Assembly: GCA_036507075.1 (NCBI GenBank)
Contig: DASXQR010000185.1
Coordinates: 1 to 12,049 of the forward strand
Source: Acidobacteriota bacterium
GTDB taxonomy: Bacteria; Acidobacteriota; UBA6911; JACQSX01
Length of the DNA stretch: 12,049 bases
Direction: 5' to 3'
The notes beneath the pieces are model-generated. The model was given only the letters and a program-made list of their open reading frames with translations. It was not told the origin of the DNA and searched no databases. Positions 6,560 to 12,049 of this stretch are shown here, one piece after another. Position numbers and translations under genes: made by a program. The stretch's first letter is position 1. Every line of letters begins with the position of its first letter.

Positions 6560-7942
6560 TTATTCCCCTGTACCGGTTACATTGGCGCGGCTGAACAGCT
6601 TCTGCAGCTCTTCTTCGCCTAGAATTCCGCGCTCGCGGACCACATCAATGATGGAGCGACTTTCACGCAAAGCCTGCTTTACGACTTCCGCGGCTGCGTT
6701 GTAGCCGATCACCGGATTGAGCACGGTTGCCAGCGAAGGACTGGTCTCATAATACCGCCGACAGCGCTCGACATTAGGCCGGATCCCGTCAATGCATCTC
6801 TCTGCAAAAACCGGCAGATAGTTGGCCAGCACTTCCATCGACTGCAGCAGGCTGTAAATCATCACCGGCATCATCACGTTCAACTCAAGCTGGCCGGCCT
6901 GCGAGGCCAGCGCAATCACGGTTTCGCTGCCGATGACGTAAAAGGCAATCATGTTCAGGCATTCGGCCATCACCGGATTGACCTTTCCCGGCATTATTGA
7001 CGAGCCGGGTTGAACCGCGGGCAACACAATTTCATCCAGACCGGTCAGCGGCCCCGATGCCAGCAGCCGAATGTCGTTAGCGATGCGCGTTAATTCCAGC
7101 GCCAGCAGTTTCAGCGAGGAAGCCATGGCCGCGATTGCAAGCCTGCTCTGCATTCCTTCCCGCATGTCGGGCGTGGGTTTTAACGGAAAGCCGCTGTAGC
7201 TTGACAGATACTGCATGGCCCGTTGCCTGTATCCGGGGACGGCGTTCAAGCCGGTGCCCACCGCCGTTCCTCCGAGAGGCAGTTCCAGCAACTCTGCGGC
7301 AGCCGCCTTGAGAAACTTTGCGGAACGCTCCAGCGCGCCGGCGTAAGCCGTGAATTCCTGCCCCAGTGTTACCGGGACGGCGTCCTGCAGATGGGTGCGT
7401 CCCGATTTGATTACTTCCGCGAACTCTTCTCCCTTTCGCCGCAGCGAAGAGATCAGCCGCTCGAGCGCACTCTGCGCGCGCCGGTGAAGGAGCAGCGCGG
7501 AAAGATGCATGGCCGTGGGAAACGTGTCATTGGTGCTCTGCGCCATGTTTACGTGATCGTTCGGGTGCAGGGAGGCGTAGTCGCCCCGCTTCTTGCCCAT
7601 CAGCTCGAGCGCGCGGTTTGCGACTACTTCGTTCACGTTCATGTTGAAGGAAGTTCCTGCGCCGGCCTGGAACACGTCGACGACGAACTGATCCTGCAGC
7701 GCGCCGCCGAGGATCTCGTCGCAGGCCCGCAGAATGGCCGAGGCGCGTGCCGCATCGAGAAGCCCCAGGTCACGGTTCGCCTCAGCGGCGGCCCGTTTGA
7801 TCCATACATAGCTGCGAATGAAGGCGGGGTGTTCCCTGATTCCGGATACGGGGAAATTCTCCAGAGCCCGGGCCGTCTGAATTCCGTAATAAGCCGTATC
7901 GGGGATTTCCTTTTCGCCCAGAGAGTCCTTTTCGGTTCTCAT
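6560..7942 (-). CDS. aspA: Aspartate ammonia-lyase (fumarase/aspartase superfamily)
   Basis: Signature GSSIMPGKVNP, plus MRTEKDSLG, YYGIQTARALENFP, QAGAGTSFNMN, QSTND, GRTHLQDAVP and GQLELNVM. GAGTS and QDAVP favour AspA over FumC (GSGTQ/DATP). ATG at 7942 preferred to TTG at 7948. Confidence 0.82.
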   Translation of the reverse strand: MRTEKDSLGEKEIPDTAYYGIQTARALENFPVSGIREHPAFIRSYVWIKRAAAEANRDLGLLDAARASAILRACDEILGGALQDQFVVDVFQAGAGTSFNMNVNEVVANRALELMGKKRGDYASLHPNDHVNMAQSTNDTFPTAMHLSALLLHRRAQSALERLISSLRRKGEEFAEVIKSGRTHLQDAVPVTLGQEFTAYAGALERSAKFLKAAAAELLELPLGGTAVGTGLNAVPGYRQRAMQYLSSYSGFPLKPTPDMREGMQSRLAIAAMASSLKLLALELTRIANDIRLLASGPLTGLDEIVLPAVQPGSSIMPGKVNPVMAECLNMIAFYVIGSETVIALASQAGQLELNVMMPVMIYSLLQSMEVLANYLPVFAERCIDGIRPNVERCRRYYETSPSLATVLNPVIGYNAAAEVVKQALRESRSIIDVVRERGILGEEELQKLFSRANVTGTGE

Positions 7943-8010
7943 AGTCAAAAATGGGGCAAGTTGGCAACTTCTTGTTTTTTAGACAAGATTTCAGAAGACA
8001 AGAATCCGAT

Positions 8011-8212
8011 CACGTCAACGTCGACGTTTTTCGTCTACGTCCACGTGCACGTACGGCCACGTCAATGTCCACGAGGCCCGTCCAAATGCTGCTTGACAGA
8101 CTTAGAGCTTAATCATACTTAACCGGCCAAGAGTCAGGCTTGCGATTTTTTTTTGTGAGCGTCGACGTGGCCGTTGACATCTATCATTGACGTGCACGTG
8201 CACGTGGCCGTT
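8011..8212. repeat. Degenerate hexamer arrays (NACGTS) in inverted arrangement around a ~82-nt AT-richer spacer
   Basis: 8011-8075: CACGTC AACGTC GACGTT ... TACGTC CACGTG CACGTA ... CACGTC. 8158-8212: GACGTG GCCGTT ... GACGTG CACGTG CACGTG GCCGTT. Exact 11-bp inverted pairs are 8053-8063/8164-8174 and 8042-8052/8190-8200. Confidence 0.85.
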
Positions 8213-8260
8213 CTCGGCTTTTCTTTTGTTGCGGCCTACGGGTTGTGCCTAACCCAATTA

Positions 8261-8266
8261 TATAAT
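8261..8266 (+). promoter_or_regulatory. Consensus -10 box for the Cys-rich hypothetical gene (probably leaderless transcript)
   Basis: TATAAT-cgcggtc-GTG(8274); no SD. Confidence 0.6.
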
Positions 8267-8273
8267 CGCGGTC

Positions 8274-8882
8274 GTGCGTTGTCTGATATGCGATCAGAGA
8301 AAGGGAAAGCGGTTCTGCCCCGCCAAGGGCGGATATATCTGCGCGCAATGCTGCGGGGAAAAACGGGTGGTGGAGATCGACTGCCCTTCCAATTGCATTT
8401 ACCTGGCGGAAGGCCGTCGCTACCAGAATGATCTGATCTACTCGCGCATGTTTCGCGACTGGGACGAGTTTCGCAGGCAGGAGCTGGTGCGCCTGGCAGG
8501 CCAATTTGAAGATCTCTTCCAGGTAATCGAAGGATACGTGCTGCAGAACAGACGCGTCATCGGAAAGGATGAGAACCTGCTGGCAGCACTGGACCTGATC
8601 GAGAAGAGCCTGGAGACCGAGGCCAAAGGAATTCTTTATCGGCCGGCTGCCTCCAACCTGATGATTGAAACTGTGGCGCGCGAGCTGGAGAAGATCCTGG
8701 AGCAGCGCCGAAATCTATCCGATTTTCAGCATGCGCGGCTCAACAGTTCCGATGCTGCTTCGATCATCCGCATCTTAAAAGAAGAGGTTTCATTTCATGT
8801 GCGCTCCGGTTCCAGCTACCTGGAATTTCTGGCTCGCTCGCGCCCCGCCGACAAGGAGCCGTCACGGCTTATTGTGCCGTGA
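8274..8882 (+). CDS. Hypothetical protein with N-terminal 8-Cys putative zinc-binding domain
   Basis: 202-aa ORF filling the gap between two repeat elements. Cys at residues 3, 6, 15, 23, 26, 27, 37 and 41; helical-looking remainder; TATAAT immediately upstream. Confidence 0.8.
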   Translation: MRCLICDQRKGKRFCPAKGGYICAQCCGEKRVVEIDCPSNCIYLAEGRRYQNDLIYSRMFRDWDEFRRQELVRLAGQFEDLFQVIEGYVLQNRRVIGKDENLLAALDLIEKSLETEAKGILYRPAASNLMIETVARELEKILEQRRNLSDFQHARLNSSDAASIIRILKEEVSFHVRSGSSYLEFLARSRPADKEPSRLIVP

Positions 8883-8895
8883 TCTTAAGTCGAAC

Positions 8896-9087
8896 GTCCC
8901 CTTCAGTACCGCGATCCGTCAGGGCGCGGCGCGCCAGACTTGCGGGCCTGGAGGTGGCATCTGAGGAAGCCTGGGTGGTGATTCGACATGCTGGCGCGCC
9001 GCGACCTTACGGATCGCGGTACTGAAGGCGCGTGTGAGCGACGATCTGGCCTGCCGCGACCTTACGGATCGCGCTACTGAAGGGGAC
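8896..9087. repeat. REP/BIME-like element: three copies of a 38-nt imperfect palindrome (one forward, two reverse)
   Basis: 8900-8937 matches the reverse complement of 8991-9028 at 36/38. 9046-9083 matches 8991-9028 at 35/38. The outer ends GTCCCCTTCAGTA / TACTGAAGGGGAC are a perfect 13-bp inverted repeat. There is an internal stem CCGCGA...TCGCGG. Confidence 0.9.
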
Positions 9088-9100
9088 CTTGGCCCTTCGA

Positions 9101-10261
9101 CTAGCGGTTGCCTTCGATAGTTTCAGTCGTAATCGCCGACATGCCTTGGTTAACCAGTGCTTCTTCGTCGAGGTCCTGTCCGGCGCGGGCCATGAAATCG
9201 GGAGTTGCCCGGGTTTCCGGATGCTTCGGCACGAATAATGAACAGCAGTCCTGGTCGGGTAAGATCGAAATCGGGTAAGTTCCGATCTGCTGCGCCAATT
9301 CCACGATTTCCTCCTTGTCGTTGCCGATCAGCGGGCGCAGCACCGGAATCTGTATTCCCTGGCTGATGATTCGGATATTCTCCAGCGTCTGCGACGCCAC
9401 CTGCCCGATGCTGTCGCCCGTGACAATGGCATGCGCCCGTTCCCGGCGCGCGATTCTTTCGGCGATTGCCATCATGATGCGCCGATAAAACAATACCCGC
9501 GCTCCCGGCGGCGCGAACGCCATGATTTTCTTTTGTACTTCGGCAAAGGCGACCCAGTAAACGCGCGACCTCTGCTGATACCGGTTCAGCACCCGGACAA
9601 TCTCCCTCACTTTTTCCTGGGACTGCAGCGTAGTGAAGGGAAAGCTGTGAAAATGCACAAAGCTGAGACGGCAGCCTCTCTTCAGCACGCGGTAGGAAGC
9701 CACCGGGGAATCAATTCCGCCCGAAATCAGGGCCACCGCTTTTCCGCCCGTGGCTGTGGGCATCCCGTGCGGGCCCTCAATGCGGTCCGTATAGACGTAG
9801 GCATGACCCTGAACCATCTCGATGTAAAAGGTGAGGTCCGGATGCGTGAGATCTACTTTCTTGCCGGTTCGCTGCACCACATAGGCGCCCAGCTCCCGGT
9901 TCACCTCGGGTGAGGTAACAGGAATGTTCTTTTCCGATCTGCGTGTGTGAACACGGAACGAAGAGAATTCGCGATCGAAGGATTTTTCCAGCAGCCCGCG
10001 AATTTCATTGAGATCCTGCGACGTTTCCCTGGCATCGGCAAAATAAACTACTCCAAAAACCGTTCTCAGCCGGCGCGCGACCTCTTCAAAGGGGATCTCT
10101 TCTGGGACAGGCACAATCAGACGTCCGGAGAGTCGCTCGCATCGCAGATCAAATTGTGAGAGCGCCCGCTCGACGTTCTCTTTCAACCGCACTTCAAAAA
10201 AGCCGCGGTTTTTCCGCTTCAAGCCGATCTCGTGGTAATGAAGAACAATGACGCGGCGCAT
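9101..10261 (-). CDS. thiI: tRNA 4-thiouridine(8) synthase ThiI (short form, no rhodanese domain)
   Basis: N-terminal HYHEIGLKRKNRxxFE, THUMP region (SFRVHTRR...NRELGA...VDLTHPD), PP-loop LISGGIDSPVA, TGDSIGQVASQTLEN, RPLIGxDKEEI and DCC. Start reassigned to the ATG at 10261, 1 nt after the upstream stop; 386 aa. Confidence 0.95.
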   Translation of the reverse strand: MRRVIVLHYHEIGLKRKNRGFFEVRLKENVERALSQFDLRCERLSGRLIVPVPEEIPFEEVARRLRTVFGVVYFADARETSQDLNEIRGLLEKSFDREFSSFRVHTRRSEKNIPVTSPEVNRELGAYVVQRTGKKVDLTHPDLTFYIEMVQGHAYVYTDRIEGPHGMPTATGGKAVALISGGIDSPVASYRVLKRGCRLSFVHFHSFPFTTLQSQEKVREIVRVLNRYQQRSRVYWVAFAEVQKKIMAFAPPGARVLFYRRIMMAIAERIARRERAHAIVTGDSIGQVASQTLENIRIISQGIQIPVLRPLIGNDKEEIVELAQQIGTYPISILPDQDCCSLFVPKHPETRATPDFMARAGQDLDEEALVNQGMSAITTETIEGNR

Positions 10262-10262
10262 C

Positions 10263-11897
10263 TCAGACCTTCGACCGTCGCAGCACCTGTCCCGATTTTT
10301 GCGGATTGATTTCCCCCTTGCGAAGCGCGCAGATGCCATTTACGAAGACATAGTCGATTCCGGCGGCATAGCGATGGGGGTTTTCGAAAGTGGCGACGTC
10401 GGCGATTTTTTCCGGATCAAAGACAACCAGGTCCGCGATGTAACCGGTTTGGATTCTCCCGCGCGCTTTCAGGCCGATTTTTTCGGCGGGCAGCGAGGTC
10501 ATTTTTTTTATTGCATCTTCCAGTTTGAGCGCCTTTCTTTCTCGAACATACAGTCCAAGCACTCGCGGGAAAGTTCCGTAGGATCGCGGGTGTGGCCGGC
10601 CCTTTGCCAGCGGCCCGTCGGCAGCCAGGGCGTTGCCGTCGGATCCGACCATCGAAAGCGGGTGTTTCAGGAAGCGGATCAGATTCTCTTCGTTCATCGC
10701 GAATGCGACGATTGAAACTCGGTCGTCTTCTTCGATGATCAGGTGTCGGGCCGCCTCGAAGGGTGCAATCTTCAGGGTATCGCCCACCTCCTGCAAAGAT
10801 TTTCCTTCGGTCCACTTGTTTTTCTGGGTCGAAACAGCCGCCACAATGTAGGCATTCCAGGAGTTGACCGATCGAATCTTCGATTCCACATCGGGCCGGG
10901 CACGCTCGGCGGCGGTATCGTCCTTGAGACGCGAGACAAAAGCATCATCCCCCCCTTCACGGATCCAGAGAGGGAAGATTGTTTCAAGGCCGGTGGAAAA
11001 TGCGATGTAAGGATAACGGTCGAAGTGAACATCAACCTTGTGGCGCCGCGCCGACTCGATCAGTTGCAGAGCGCTTTCAATCTTTGACCAGTTGTCTTTC
11101 CCTTCCGTCTTCAGATGCGAAATCTGCAGCCGCGCTCCGGAGCGATGGCTGACTTCGAGCGCCTCTTTGATTGCTTCCAGCAAAGCGTCCCCCTCGTTTC
11201 GCATGTGAGTAGCGTAAAGGGCGCCGTGCCGGGCCGTCACTCCGTTGAGCGCTGCCAGCTCTCTGAGAGTGGCAAAACTGCCGGGGGTGTATTCCAGCCC
11301 GCTGGAAAGCCCGAATGCCCCCTCTCTTAGAAAACTGTCCAGCCACTGCTTCATTTCAGAGAGCTCCCGGGCCGTCGGAGCACGGTTTTCCTCGCCCATT
11401 ACGAAGGCTCTCAGCGAGCCGTGGCCGACCAGGCTGGCGTAGTTGATTGACAGGGGCAGCGCTTCAAGTTCCGCAAAATAAGACTGGAAAGTGCGCGCGT
11501 TGCGCAGGCGTGAAGGGACGGCGCTCGAACCGCAATTGCCGCTCAGCTCGGTGGTCACCCCCTGGCGGAGTTTGCTCTCCGCGTGAGGATTGATGGGCAG
11601 TTGGGAATCGGTGTGGGTGTGTATGTCGATGAATCCGGGAGCCAGGCAGCGGCCTTCAAGATCAATAACTTCGACGCCAGGGGCACTGCCTATCTTTCCT
11701 ATCTTCTGAACCCGGTCCTGTTCGATCAGGACATCGGCCTGGTAGCGCGCCTGTCCCGAGCCGTCAATGACGCACGCGTTTGTGAGCAGGCAGCCTGCTT
11801 TCTCCCGAACCTGCAGCCAGGAACCCGCCGCGGGAGCCACCAGGAGGGCTTGCCCCAGAAAGACGCGGCGAGTGACTGGTTTTCCGACGATTTGCAT
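10263..11897 (-). CDS. N-acyl-D-amino-acid deacylase (D-aminoacylase) family amidohydrolase with putative Tat signal
   Basis: Motifs VIDGSG, APGFIDIHTHTD, QGVTTELSGNCG, GLSSGLEYTPG, HMRNEG, SHLK, GSDG, PHPRSYGTFPRVLG, ADLVVFDP and GIDYVFVNG. N-terminus TRRVFLGQALLVAPAAG. Confidence 0.9.
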   Translation of the reverse strand: MQIVGKPVTRRVFLGQALLVAPAAGSWLQVREKAGCLLTNACVIDGSGQARYQADVLIEQDRVQKIGKIGSAPGVEVIDLEGRCLAPGFIDIHTHTDSQLPINPHAESKLRQGVTTELSGNCGSSAVPSRLRNARTFQSYFAELEALPLSINYASLVGHGSLRAFVMGEENRAPTARELSEMKQWLDSFLREGAFGLSSGLEYTPGSFATLRELAALNGVTARHGALYATHMRNEGDALLEAIKEALEVSHRSGARLQISHLKTEGKDNWSKIESALQLIESARRHKVDVHFDRYPYIAFSTGLETIFPLWIREGGDDAFVSRLKDDTAAERARPDVESKIRSVNSWNAYIVAAVSTQKNKWTEGKSLQEVGDTLKIAPFEAARHLIIEEDDRVSIVAFAMNEENLIRFLKHPLSMVGSDGNALAADGPLAKGRPHPRSYGTFPRVLGLYVRERKALKLEDAIKKMTSLPAEKIGLKARGRIQTGYIADLVVFDPEKIADVATFENPHRYAAGIDYVFVNGICALRKGEINPQKSGQVLRRSKV

Positions 11898-11973
11898 ACC
11901 GTTATATCAGCCTCGGATTATTCAAAAACTTCACCGCAAAGAACACTAGGAGCGCGAAGTTAGCGTGAGTTGA

Positions 11974-12049
11974 CGGCCGGGAGCTTAAAGCATGAGGGCA
12001 TTGCATGTCGCTTTTTGCGCTGGCCCTTCATGCTTTAAGCTCCTGGCCG
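11974..12049. repeat. Long inverted repeat (26/27-nt arms, 23-nt loop), reaching the window edge
   Basis: CGGCCGGGAGCTTAAAGCATGAGGGC (11974-11999) vs GCCCTTCATGCTTTAAGCTCCTGGCCG (12023-12049): one mismatch and one bulge. Confidence 0.9.

Noticed and set aside
6560..7942. Annotation as class II fumarase (fumC)
   Set aside because: The GAGTS, QDAVP and ENFP motifs fit AspA better, although activity cannot be proven from sequence.
3181..8122. Long antisense ORFs (3181..4134, 3902..4498, 4513..5172, 5030..5710, 7223..8122)
   Set aside because: They are shadows of well-supported genes in GC-rich DNA and have no recognisable motifs.
8896..9087. Possible mini-CRISPR array (38-nt repeats)
   Set aside because: The first copy is inverted relative to the others, the spacers are 53 and 17 nt, and there are no cas genes or leader; it fits a REP-like element.
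10262..10339. 26-aa N-terminal extension of ThiI
   Set aside because: It overlaps the deacylase C-terminus; the ThiI-like sequence starts at 10261.
11901..11906. Minus-strand TATAAC as a leaderless promoter for the deacylase
   Set aside because: It is only 3 nt from the ATG, too close for a TSS at the start codon, and it lacks the conserved final T.

Overview
GC-rich bacterial chromosome segment; gene content and repeat style suggest an Acidobacteriota-like organism (inference). It has nine credible CDSs. On the minus strand is a cluster [HEAT-repeat/cyclophilin protein]-purD-purE-pgeF/yfiH, with the first three joined by ATGA overlaps. Next come a divergent AmmeMemoRadiSam-type radical SAM gene, a convergent aspartate ammonia-lyase and a Cys-rich hypothetical protein, then a minus-strand pair of a Tat-signal D-aminoacylase and thiI. 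The left edge probably holds one end of an IS. The genes are mostly housekeeping; the striking signal is non-coding. All seven real intergenic gaps contain an inverted-repeat element, each from a different sequence family: two different 7-mer tandem arrays, two different 8-mer arrays, a 6-mer array, a triple 38-nt REP-like unit, and a 26-bp hairpin beside a possible 9-mer relic. Five share one architecture: a tandem array, a short unique spacer, then the reverse-complement array. Several genes also look leaderless, with a -10 box 6-11 nt before the start codon and no Shine-Dalgarno (SD).
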